Below, in pieces: positions 11,484 through 23,499 of a stretch of 64,000 bases of DNA. This DNA comes from Psammoneis japonica (lineage: Eukaryota). The DNA lies in contig QPGO01000003.1 in the NCBI GenBank assembly GCA_008632985.1, forward strand, positions 806,001-870,000, in the 5' to 3' direction. The translations under genes and the position numbers were made by a program. The notes under the pieces are model-generated. The model made no database searches, was not told the DNA's origin, and saw nothing but the letters and a program-made list of their open reading frames with translations. Numbering within the stretch: position 1 is the stretch's first letter; the number at the start of each line of letters is the position of its first letter.

Positions 11484-13150
11484 CTAGCGCACAAACTCCC
11501 AGTTCTGAACCATAATCTTTGACACACACTGCAGGGCATGGCGCTGGAGTTCCACATTGTCGTGTTCAATAAGAGGCATGACAAGTTCCTTGGCACCGAG
11601 ACGTTTCGCAATCGCTCTGCCATTTGGATAGTGACGCACAAATTCTCCGATATCATAACATGCAATGGCAGCCACATCATCGTCCTTGCTTTGAAGAGGG
11701 CCACAAGGACCTTGACGAGATGAAAGTCGCCATCGCTACCCTCCATCATGCGAGCATTCTCCTTGAAGAAAGCCTCCGTGTGGGTTGAACCCCATTGAAG
11801 GTGTCCCGACTCGACCTCGTTCTTGTACACTTCCCAGCGGCTCATGTCCTTATAGTTCTCAGTCAATAGCTGGTAGAGGGTATCAACGTCTACAATACGT
11901 ACCAAGAGACAATTGTGTTAGGTTTCGATGAATAAAATTGAAGCGAATCCACTTGAACACAATAGACTCTTGAACTCACCATCAATAATATCCGGATCGG
12001 TAAACTGTCGCTCCTTGAGATACTCAATAGCCTTCATCAAGCCACAAGCAAGCATCTCGCCAAGAAAGACTTTACCGTTAATGGCCGGGACACCCGCAGG
12101 TCCCGGATTCACATCGGCGGTGCACGTGGCAAGGTTCCGGAGCGAGGAAAGAGCCACCCGGACAACCTTTTCACGTGGAGCAATGGAGACGAGATCGACA
12201 AGCACACTGACTGCAGCGCCATCCTTGGAAAAGTCAGCCCGAATGTTGTGCGATCCGTTGAGTTCATATGTCAAGGTCCACATGCAAAAGGTCAGTTCAT
12301 AGAGCTGTTGAACCGAAGCCTGTCCCATGTTTTTCTTCTCACTACCAGAAGCACTGGCCTTGCTCCCTCCAGCACGAAGTTGACGGCACATGTACTTGAG
12401 TCCACCAGACGCGCAAAAGAGGTTGCGCGTCTCGGTTGGTCCCATCAACACAGTCAGGGCGGGAATACAAGCTCCAACATTGTTGCCGGTGGAGTTTTTA
12501 AGCTGACTAATAATCCAAGCCGTCACTGCCTCCAAGGGTTCCACAGCAGACGCATACGAAATCGGTTTGATCTTGAGAGGCTTTCCGTCCTTATCCACCT
12601 TGGGGGCTCGAGCTTGCTGAGAAGGACACGCTGTGGCGAGAATCAAGGCAAGGCAGAGAGCGCCACCCGATTGAGCATACGCATCACCCTTGCCACCCTT
12701 GTTGAGAATCCTCAAAAGAGCCTTCCACTGATCCACGAGCAGTCCCTCTTTTCCGACATAAAATACAGCTCCAACCGTCACTCCCGCAGATCCAGTGCTC
12801 AGGGTCGAAATGATATCATAGAGTTTGGTGAGCGCATAGTGAGTCACAACACCAAGTGGATCCGTCTCAAGAATAGCTTCTCCAGAGGTACAGGGACCTG
12901 TAAGTTTGGACACATCTCCCGATCCGCTTCCCGCCGCACCGGCTTCTGCCACAAGCTTTAAAAGGACTCGAGCATACATGCTGGCATCGCGAGAATCCGC
13001 AAGCGTGTATTCAATGGGGTTAGTCTCTGCCATGCGCAACAAGGCCGTTTCCTGAGCCGTCAACCGGAGTGATCCCAACGTATCCCATGGAATGTGAGGA
13101 AAGGCACTCGCTACTGGAGAGGGAGGAAGAGAGGTGGGTCCTGACGCCAT
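11484..13150 (-). CDS. ATP6V1H: V-type H+-ATPase subunit H (one intron; apparent 1-nt frameshift near 11695)
   Basis: QQLYELTFCMWTL, REKVVRVAL..LRNL, LQWGSTHTEAFFKEN, AIACYDIGEFVRHYPNGR, ALQCVSKIMVQNW; intron 11890-11979. Confidence 0.92.
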
Positions 13151-13905
13151 TTTTTTTTCTTGTTGATTTTGTGAGCCGAGAGCTGCGGCGGGACGAGAGC
13201 GAACACTAGTGTGAGACAAAGACAGCTAAATAAATCGATAGCCGTTGAACGCGAACATCGGCGGTCGACCGAGAGGAAGGGGCGAAGAGGTGAAGACCAT
13301 GGTGTCATTGGGAAACAAGGCCGTTCTAGAGCGTTCATGACACCAAAATAACTCGGAAGTTACAAAGTGAAGAAAACTCAGGAGACTCTTTACGTCGTCT
13401 TTGCAAACATCCGATTAGCCGTAGCATTGTACTACATTCACGTGACAACAAATCGAGAGAGAAAGCTCTCTTCACTCCAGAACCTTCTCGAGTCAAAGCA
13501 AAAAGTAACAAATCTCTTTTCATAGACACACTTATGAGACAGTTTGATGGATTATCAGCCTAAAGTCACAACTACAACGCGCTCAAGAATCGAATCATTG
13601 CGACGTACCCTCCGTTTCTGAAGGAGACGAAAAACAGAGGGAAGTCGATAACCGTCCTTCGTATCGCTACTCACGTAGATTTCCACGTGTGGTAGAATTG
13701 TTCCAAAAGCTCCGTATTTGTAGATGTTCATATAAATCTTCCCAGCTTCTGATTAAAAATATATACATGAACGTAAGTAATTCATTTTGCTTGCAAAAAG
13801 CGAATGCGGTTGTCGCGCATGCAAATCACGAAGAAGTTTTCCCATCAATCAAAATGGCGTTCGAGCAAACTGATCACCTATAATGCGACATGAGATCGAT
13901 TTATA

Positions 13906-15685
13906 ATGAGCAGATACTGTTACTATGTCCTTCTATATGTGATTTGCGTTATTCTGGGTTCCTCTTCTCGAGCTGACGAAGAAAAATGCACGCCATGTCC
14001 TGGCGAAGAACAGATAACTCATCCTGAAAAGAAACTGAATACTCTTTGGCCCGTTCCAATCCACAATTGCTCAATGCTCGAGACATATGCCAACTCACTT
14101 GAAAGGAACTCAGAAGAATGTATGAATGTTCAGAAAATTGGTACAATCTGTGGTTGTCCTGTATCCGACAATGCATGCAGACTTTGCGGCAACAACAACG
14201 ACACAACAACGCGACCCGAAAAGGAGCTACCGTTTCTTGCTGCTGAATTTGATGGAAAGCAGGTCACGTGTGAGATTTTTGAATCGTATTTACATTCGTT
14301 GGATTCGAACAGCACCAAATGCGTAGAAGCTCAGTGGACCGGCCTAACATGTGGCTGCCCGGTACTCGCTCAAAACAATGTCTGTGATTTCTGCAGTGGA
14401 CACACCGTAGCAACCCCCGACCGAGAATTGCCTCGAGCTTGGCTGCAACTTTCGGAATGGAATTTTGATCCTCTCACTTGTGAGCTCCTAGAGTCTGTGG
14501 TGCACAATGTTGTCCCATCTGATACTCCCGAATGCAACGACGCCAAGGATGCAAGTGCCTCGTGCGGCTGTCCCGCAAGCCCCGAATACCACAAGCGAGA
14601 AGTTGTGCTCGTGTGGTTGCCACGAATTTCGGCAACACTCTCGTTTTTCGTAAGTGAACATATCATTTTTAAAACAGACTCTATACGAAGAGGCACTCAC
14701 GTCATATCGATCTTGTTCCTATATAAAGGGTTCATTGTATATCATTGCCCATGTTTGGAAACAAGAAAGAATTGAGCAAACGACACAGCATCACTTGCTT
14801 CTTTGCATGAGTTGTATTGATTGTGCATCCTCTATAGCGTGGGCATTGACGACACTACCAATCCCAGTCACCGATGAAGACGGCAACCCAACCAATGTTT
14901 ATGGTGCCCGTGGAAACGAGGCAACGTGTACCGCCCAGGGCTTTTTCATTCAACTCGGACTGGCCTCTCCGTTCTACAATCTTGCTCTTGCGGTATACTA
15001 CATGCTTGTAGTTGCGTATGGCTGGAGAGAGGATCAAGTAAAAAGGATCAATTGTTGGTTGTATGTCATTCCTCTCTTGGTAGGATTGGGCCTTGCCTTT
15101 GCGGGCATTCCGTTTTACGAAATGGATGTTGTCATGTGCTACATTAGTAGCAGTGATCACCTCCTTACGCTCATCTTTCTGGCGATCCCCTTGTTGGTTG
15201 TCATTGTGTTGGCAACCGTATTTACAATCAAGGTTTACTTGAAAGTATACTACCAAGAACGGACAGCACGTCGATGGAGAATGGCAAGAAGATCGAACGT
15301 TCAGAGCCTGCCAAGAAAAGTCTTTTGGCAAGGGTTTTGGTATCTCATGTGCTTTTATGCATCATGGCCGCTTGTTCTGATTGCGATTTTTACCGACCCA
15401 AACTACACCAATGGATATGGTTTTCTTTGCGTTGCAATGTTTTTCACGCCTCTGCAAGGATGGTGGAATTTCATTGCCTACAGCCGGCCACACCTTTTGC
15501 GTTGCCTAAAGCAGAATAGCCGGTGCTGTTGTTTGTGGAAATCACGCTTCGCCCGCTGGTCAACAACTGCTCGAACCGTTCTGTCTCATGAGCAAGAATC
15601 AATTGTGAGTGCCACCCATGAAGAAGCTGAAGACGAGCAAGCGACAGGTCCTTCAAGGACGGCTCGAACAGGAGATATCATGTAG
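13906..15685 (+). CDS. 7TM GPCR-like (cAMP-receptor/Git3-type) protein with signal peptide and three Cys-rich ectodomain repeats
   Basis: Intron 14650-14728; LPRISATLSFFGSLYII, GNEATCTAQGFFIQLG, FTPLQGWWNFIAY; three CxxC...CGCP units. Confidence 0.85.
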
Positions 15686-15830
15686 AGAGTCGACAACTGT
15701 ACGAACAGGTATGTCTCATTAGCAAGAATCGATTGTAAGTGCCAACCACAGGAAGCTTAAGACGATGGAGCGACAAGCTTTTTGGCTACGGATCGAGTCG
15801 GTGATATCACCTAGATGGCTCGCGTACAGC
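15582..15830 (+). repeat. Degenerate ~130-bp tandem duplication of the GPCR 3' end
   Basis: agcaagaatcaattgtgagtgcca...gatatca at about 15591 recurs as agcaagaatcgattgtaagtgcca...gatatca at 15721. Confidence 0.7.
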
Positions 15831-16105
15831 AGCCGAAAAGAACATACTGGCTGTCATGGCACAACACTGAGAGCTCCAGTATGAGGAAACCCATATGGCC
15901 CGATAACACGAGACGAAACAAGCAAATGGTACAGCTTTTAAAAGTATTTACTTTGTTTCACATGGATGGATAGACTTGTGCTTTGCTTCAAATTAAGCAC
16001 AAACGCACACTGTTACGGTATTCACACGGGCACGAATAGACTTGTGCTTTGCTTCAGGGCACAAGTTGAGACACTTCTTACGGTATAACGAATAACACGC
16101 CTCCC

Positions 16106-16630
16106 CTAGCGAGCAAGCTTCCTGTGGTTGACGTAGTCTGGATTCCTTTGTTGGTCTAACTGGTGCGGATCAGATTCATTGGGGTGCGTGCATTCACCAC
16201 GAAGCACAAAAATCTCCTTGGCAATCTGGAGTCTCTTCCTATGTTCCTTTTCTTCCTCTGTGTATCGCAACCTTCCAACGAGCTTGGAGGTGCGGTGTAA
16301 CTCAGTCACAACGTTACCTCTCAAAATCTTGTAGGCTTGTTTCGTCCACAAGTGATAGTATCCTGGTCCGTGAGTGTTGGGACCCCACACATAGTCCTTC
16401 TTCAGCGGGGCTTTTTTCCCTTCGGGTTCAGTGTGAGGAATAAACGCAGGCGTGTCGCCATTGATCTTTTCAGAAGGCTCCGCCCAGGCGTCGCGGTTCA
16501 TGGGGTATCGGCCAAGGCTTGACAGCTTGATCTCTGGAATCTCCTCGAGGCAGGTATTCATGTATTCATCGTCATACTCCTCCTTGGCAAAAAGCTTGAG
16601 TTCAGGCATGGTGGCAGTTGCAAGTTGCAA
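16106..16630 (-). CDS. Hypothetical protein, paralog of 60349-60876
   Basis: Shared YMNTCLEE.PE.KLSSL.RYP and DYVWGPNTHG.GYYH.WTKQAY.IL. Confidence 0.7.
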   Translation of the reverse strand: MQLATATMPELKLFAKEEYDDEYMNTCLEEIPEIKLSSLGRYPMNRDAWAEPSEKINGDTPAFIPHTEPEGKKAPLKKDYVWGPNTHGPGYYHLWTKQAYKILRGNVVTELHRTSKLVGRLRYTEEEKEHRKRLQIAKEIFVLRGECTHPNESDPHQLDQQRNPDYVNHRKLAR

Positions 16631-16967
16631 GTCAATAAAAAATAAAAAGTAACAGCCGGCGTCTTTCAGGAATTTTGTGTTCTTTCTTCTTGCAGCTTGC
16701 CGCTGTTTCTGTAAAGGTCTATCCCACTCAGATTTTTTTTACCACAAAATCTATGAATTAAAAGTTTGTTGAAACTAGGTCTACTCGTGAATTGGATGTT
16801 TATTTTTCTCTTTTTTACTTTCAGATTGAGAATGAACCTATTTGATGCTGTAAGTCAGTCGCGCGTGAGTTTCAGCGACGACACAAGATTGCCGACGAAA
16901 GAGAGCTTGAGGTAGGGCCCAAGGCGGCGTCTACTAAGCTTATACGACCTCATTGAGATTATTGTAA

Positions 16968-19400
16968 TTATTCTTCACAGAAGTTGTATGCGTAGGGCTC
17001 TTCAATTTCTATTTTCCGCCTGCCAGCAATCCAGTCGCCATGGTTCACCTTCACTGTTCCACCGACATCAGTTGGCAGCATGTCCCGCAGAATCCCATAC
17101 TGCGCGAGCTCTGCTATAAGTTCCTCATCTGGGACGTTATGATTTACGGAACGTAGCCTCACCTCCTTGCCCGCTGCTTCCCGAATGAATGGTTCCAGCC
17201 AATCGCGTACCTCTTGGGACATGTTCAAGATATGATCTGCGTTCACTTTGATTGGCCAGCAATCTCTCGTAAACTCTAGAAAAGGGCAGAGATATTCGGG
17301 ATACATGTGCAACATGGTTGCATTCTTGCATTGTGGAATCCGGATCACACCCTTGCCATCTGTATCTTGCCGCATCAAAACCTCATGAAGATACCACAAA
17401 ACACGAATCTACATAATGAGAGAAGGACGGCAACATCCGATAGCGATGTCAGCAAAAGATTCCCTTTGAATCATGCACTAGCCCCCCATCAAAGCAAACA
17501 ACGTACCAGGCTTTCATTTGTGTATCCAATGCCTGTGTGACGCAACATATTTGCCCAGAATATTTGCCGCCCGGAACCATCACGGTGTGGAAGTAGAGTG
17601 GCAAAGCCACTCTCAAGCGCGACCGAATCGTCTCGTAAGGCCCCATCAATGGTCATGGGCAGGTAGTACTTGTTGGATCCGAAAACTTGTTGGCGGCACT
17701 CCCAATAGTATGCCAACCTTTGGGCTGCGGGCTACACAGGCCATTAAAGAAAAGGTGCGGGCAAACAAGTTCTCGTTAGACATGGAACGGACGGCGAGGT
17801 CACGTTGCACAAATATCAGTCATCTATATCATTCACCTTTGGGTCCCAATCGGAAAAGCGCAGAAAAGCTTTTAACCTCGCATCACTGAACTCTTCGGGG
17901 TGACATTTCGATTGTGCATCAAGAAGAGCACGTTTCTGGTCAATGGCATCAGGTCGATCTCATGCTTCATGAACCTGAAAGCACTGTCGTGTTTCTGTTT
18001 GGTTTGTATCTCTTTGTCGGCACTCAATGTCAGCTTCTTACCAAGAAGATCAGAAAGAACCAGCAGTTTCTCGTCTTCCGATAACATTTGTCTTTCCCTT
18101 TCTTGTTCTTCAGGAGGTATCACCGGGCGTTCCGGGACGCTCTGCAAGGAATTAAGCAAGAACCCAGCTGCATCTTCCTCTGTCAACATGTCTTCCTGAC
18201 GGACACTGGGGTGTTTTGCGAGTTTTCTGCAGTTATGCCAAATCGGTCGGTGCCTCGCCTCCTGACTGAAGCTCGTTTATTGACGGTACGGGAGCGACGA
18301 ATGGAGCATATTCTTGCTGTTGCACAGGATATGGAAGCGTTTCTCCAGTGCCATGAATAATTGAATATTATCCACCGGGGTGCTTGAGGGCTACACGAAC
18401 AAATGAGGAGATTATCGAAACGTGCGAGTTCTCAAGAGATGCCCATTGAAAATCAACGTACCTGCTGAACACATGCAACGTCTTGATTTGAAGTCACCTT
18501 CTCCTTTTCTCGGAGAGCATAAAAACACTTTTGAAGAGCTTTACGTGAATCCAATTCCTCATAGGCAAAGCACGCACTGGCATACTTGGATGGGTTCTCG
18601 CTAAGAAAGCGCCCACCCCTCGATAAAACCTCGTTAAGTATTTGAGTTGCAATCTCCTTCTTCTCTTTCTTTGTTGGAGCCTGCGAGTATTCTTCTTGTC
18701 TCATTTCGACAAGCCAACGAAAGCGACGATTTCCGATAAAGTCGTGTGTTAGGGAGACACGGCCAAACAAGACATCATCCGGTCTAAATAGATTCTGCTC
18801 TTCGTGAACACGATGATTCATTTGATCAACCGCAAAGTCATCGCTGACCGATTGACAAAGCCTGATGCGTGAAACTAAAGGAAAGCTGAGTGAGCATGTT
18901 GTCATTATCTTCGAATGGCAAACCTCGAATTTGAAAAATCAATCAATGAACATACCTGTTCAATGATGGCTGGAGTCGCCTTGTTGGGTTTCTTTTTTTC
19001 TCTAAGTGCGTGCAAGCACTTCTTCAGAGCTGTGCGTTCGTCCACCTCCTCATATGACACGCGCTTTTCACTTTGGCTTGAAGTAACCTTTACGAGAAGA
19101 AATCTTCCTCCTCGTTGACGAACCTCAGTTAAAATCTGATTTGCGATCTCTCGCTTTCTCTCCTTTGAGGTTGATTCGTCACAGTATTCAGCTTTTCTTT
19201 GATCGACAAGCTGACGGAAATACCGGTTTCCACGTCGATTATTCGCACCCGACCCCCTTCCCATAACTACGTCGTTAGTCGTTATTTCAGTAATGGGACG
19301 ACTGGCATAGTCACCGCCGGCTGTAGAATAACCGTCAACCCTGCCCTGAAGAGAATCGACGGCCTTGTCTGGGGGGACCCAATCATCGCACTCAGAGAAA
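16968..19400 (-). CDS. Two DUF6824-like domains followed by a CRAL-TRIO-like domain (probably one spliced gene; several frameshifts; start uncertain)
   Basis: DVVMGRG..GN..FR.LV...GGRFL..KKC..ALRE twice; donors at about 18955 and 18461; AYYWECRQQVFG, LLPHRDGSGRQI, YGI..DMLPTDVGG. Confidence 0.6.
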
Positions 19401-19873
19401 GCTACTCTGGAGGTTCTCTCTTGCTCTCCACGTACTACCCACCTCTTCGATCCTTTCTTTTCCCAGGATTCTTGTGTTGCAGTGTTATTACCGGTGCAGT
19501 CAGTTGCTGCCTGTCAGCGCTTCCAGTGTATGGGACAAGACGAGCTCACCAGTGAGTGCATGCGTTACCGGTAGTCTAATGTTGCAAAACGATGTGTCAC
19601 CGACCTTTACAGTAGGGCCCTACCTACCGGTACGAACATTCGATGCCGCCGGCATTTACAGCCGGTGTCTGTCTGTCTGTCTGAACTTCCGAGGGTTGAA
19701 GTTGAAGTTACCGGCAGGTTCGACGATCGCGACGATAATCGACTGTTGAACCCAGCGCGAACATCTTCTGACTGGATGTGCTCCCTTCCTTTTTCTCCTG
19801 TCCGGTCCAGATCGGATGGAGGCAGGGCACCTGGAGCCACTCCACCGCAGAGTGGAGGGAGAACCTTGGAGAG

Positions 19874-19901
19874 CAGAGAGAGAGAGAGAGAGAGAGAGAG
19901 A
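19874..19901. repeat. (AG)n microsatellite
   Basis: About 14 AG units. Confidence 0.95.
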
Positions 19902-22900
19902 GGTCCAATGAGAGACAGCAGTGGTCCCCCTCTGCATGAGAGAGGGGTTGTCGTCTGCCGTGGCCTGCTTTCACGTGAACAGGTGCCCACGCAGAAGCAG
20001 GCAGTGCGCGAGCCTCGAGCTGAAGCATTTTTTCTTCAACGGTGTGCTGGCCTGTGCATTCTTGATGGGTCATGGCGGCCCACACAGAAAGCACAAAAGC
20101 ACAAATCTGCATCATCAAAATCACAAGATTGCCCGGTCTCATGAGCACACAAGTTTTTGGTGCCTTTTCATTGTGTTTGGCACAGCTGTCTTGGATGACC
20201 TGCTGGATTTGTGCCTCACAACACAAGCCAAGTGAAGCACAGGTGGCTTGTTCCAGCCCCTTTTGTGGCAATTTTTGCTCTCATCAATTGTGGCACCATC
20301 TTCAGCGCTCATTGCGGTCTGCCACAAAAAAGATGCGGCAAAATGTGATGGCTCATGTGCAAAGTGTTGCAGCAGATTGTTTGCAAAGCAAAAAACTGTT
20401 CTTGTGTCATGGCATCACAAACACAAGCCACAAAGCATCTGGAGCACCAAAGGCTGGGGCAAAAGCAGAGCTGCAAGAGGCGCTGAGGAGGCACAAGAAA
20501 TGTGGTGTGGGCGCAGGGGCACAAAACAACAACGACGTTTGTTCTTCCCTTTCTCTGCAGGAAGGGGGTGCCATGGTTCAGGTTGGGAAGAAAATTTGCT
20601 GTGCAATGTTCTCACAATTGTCAAGGATGCCAGTCACAGTGTCCATCACAACAGTGCCATTCTGAGTGGTTTGATCAGTGCTCGCCTCTTGATGGGCTCC
20701 CCGGTCGGGCAAGAAGAGTGTCAGGTTCACATGTCTGAGTGTTGACATTGCCCTCAACCCAACTTTGGAAGTTCATCCATTGCAAACCAATCAGATCATG
20801 GAGGTTGTGCACGCTGTTGGCACTGACCCAACTCTGCCTTCATTCTGTCTTTTTGCAGATTTCCAGAGTGCACATGCGCTGAACCAGCCGTTGCCTGCAA
20901 GGTGGATGAACAAGCCAAGACAAACTTCTGCCCTTCAACGCTGTTTGCCAATGCACTTGATCATTCATCTGGCTGGCATTTTTCTTCTTTTGGTTGCTCA
21001 ATCAGATTGTCTGACCTGCCATGGAACCCACGACACACTCAGTGGTCCACGAAATCCACAATGCCCACCACGGCCGCAAAGACAGCTGGTCATCCATTGC
21101 AACAATCCCAAGCTGCTTCTGGCAGAACAACACATGTGGCTTTGTAGACACCTCAAGGCCAATCTAGTTCATTCCCCTTTCTGGGAACATTTTTGAACCA
21201 AAAGCACTGCCAAGCTGCAACCAGACTTGCACATCTTTTGTGGACTGCCTGTCAGAAACAACTTCGTGGCTTCTCTTCTTGGGAAGTTGCAGCCGGTTGA
21301 CAGCAATCACACAATCCTCTTTCATTCTTGCATCTGGCTTGAGACTCTTGGAAACAGGGTTGCAAACCAAGAAGAAGGGCCCCTGGATTTCCTTCTGCAA
21401 CAAGCTTGGTCCAATGTGCATTTTGCAGGCACCATCATGTGTGGCCAACACAACCAGGCCAATGACCTCAAGTCCTTCAATGCCTGGTGTGCCATTGAGA
21501 TGGTCCAGTGTGGTTTTTTTTTTGAACCAATGGCAATCAATCCTTTGAGAGTGGCATTGCTGCAATTTGATTTCATGGGAACTCCAATGCATGAAGCATG
21601 CTCATTGTGGGCCAACTGTGATTTCAGAGCTGGATGGTGAGTCAAACAACAGGAAACTCAGGACAGAGACAAACAAGAACTCACTGGCAGATGTGTTGCC
21701 ACAACAGCCTCTGGCACAAAGGCTCTGCTTCCCTTTGTGGGTGACCACCACATCTGCTTTGCTGGTGATTTTGTTTGATGGTTGTGATGCTGTGCAGAAC
21801 ACTTTTCTTTGCACTGCAGCAAGAGCATCACTGCAATGATCCTTGCATGGCAGTGCATCATTGAACAAGGGCACCTTCAGGTTTGTGATGGACTGGGACA
21901 AGAGGACCTTGGAGGACCACTCTCCCTCATTGTCTGGGATTGGATTGTCAATCACCACAGCAAACAGCACAAATGAGAGGACCTGTGCCACGAGGTCTGC
22001 CGCAGTGTGTGGGGTTTTGTTTGTCCATTCCCTCTGGCAGTGGAGGACAGATGCAAAGATGTTGCCACAGCACTCTGCCATGAGAGAGTTTGCAACCCCA
22101 AACTGCCAATGTTTGGGTTGTCTCAGCCACAATGCACACACTCATCACCATCACTCTTCTGCTCCGGTGCCAAGAAATCACTGATTGTTGGAGTCCTCAC
22201 ACTTCCACCAAGTTCATTTCTCTTTTTTGTTCCCCAAAACACCACCTGCGCAAATTCATTGGTGCAGCTTGAATGGCGCTGAACTTTCTGTTTACACAAA
22301 TTATGCAGAACTGTTGCATGTGGTGATGGAGACCCAATTCCCAGTCATCATGAGATTCCTGCCTGCTTCTTGCAAATGAACTCTCAACACTGGCAATGCT
22401 CTCATGTGTGTCCATGGAGTCCCGTTGTCATGCTGCATTTGTTGCACCCACTCCATTGCATTCATGAAAATTTCTTGAAGGCCCAAGCAGATGTTCATGA
22501 AACAGTTGACAGATTTGGGATCTAAGAACATGCCGGCTGCTTTCAGATTGTCCGCCATAATTTTTCCATCCAGAATGGGTGGACACCACATGCACTTTTT
22601 TTAATTGGAGATGGCGGCGCACCAGTGATGGGCACACCCTGGTCATCTGCTCCTTCAGTGGCTGCAGAGAAGAATCTTTGGCAGTTTCTTCTTCTGCCAC
22701 TGCTCTGGGGCTTTGAACAGCATGTGTGACAGATCATGAAACAAGAAGATTGTGTGGGCCTCTTCCAGGATCAGCACCTTGTTGTTCAATGCCAGTGCCT
22801 GTGGCACATCTTTCAAAGTCGGATTCGTTCTTTCAATGCCACTGGCTGGCTCTGACAACATCTTGGCTTTTCTCCTCTTCCTTGTCAACCACATTGACCA

Positions 22901-23499
22901 CAACAAACTCATCCTCACACTTGGTGGCTGGGTGGCTGGCAAGCGTCATCTTCCCTGCCACAATGGGGCTGCACACAAACATGGCAGAACCTTCCCCAGT
23001 GCTGGTCATGATGCTCTTGATCAACCCAACGGTTGCTTCCAATGAAATGAAGACATCCTCATTCCTTTTCTCTTGAAGAGAACCTGCTCTCAGCCATTTG
23101 AAAAGCATCCAGTTGAACAGAATCCATTGTCCAGCAAATGTCATTTGTCTGAAACCCATCATGGAACAGCAAAAAATTTGCCTGTTGCACTCTCTGAGGG
23201 GGTGGTGTCCACTGCATTTCAGCAACTCTCAGGAAGACATTGTTTGTTCATCATTGATGATCTTGTGTGAAAGGTTTCTCTTGCAACCTCTGACCACTGA
23301 TGAGACTCCCACCCAGCCATCTGGTTTCAAGACGCTTTTTGCGAATTAAGCCATTTCAAAAAACACCACACTTGCTTTCACCATGAGAGCAAAAATGGTG
23401 GCTGGAGTGCATTTGTTGCACTGTGTTTGGACAAGATTTTGACATCTGATCTCATGCATTGACACATTGGAACATCTGGAGTTGCTGTGTTCTGGTCAT

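Noticed and set aside
11690..11700. Programmed frameshift or pseudogenisation of V-ATPase H
   Set aside because: A single missing base restores LLQSKDDDVAAIACYD; similar 1-nt slips in other genes suggest consensus indel errors.
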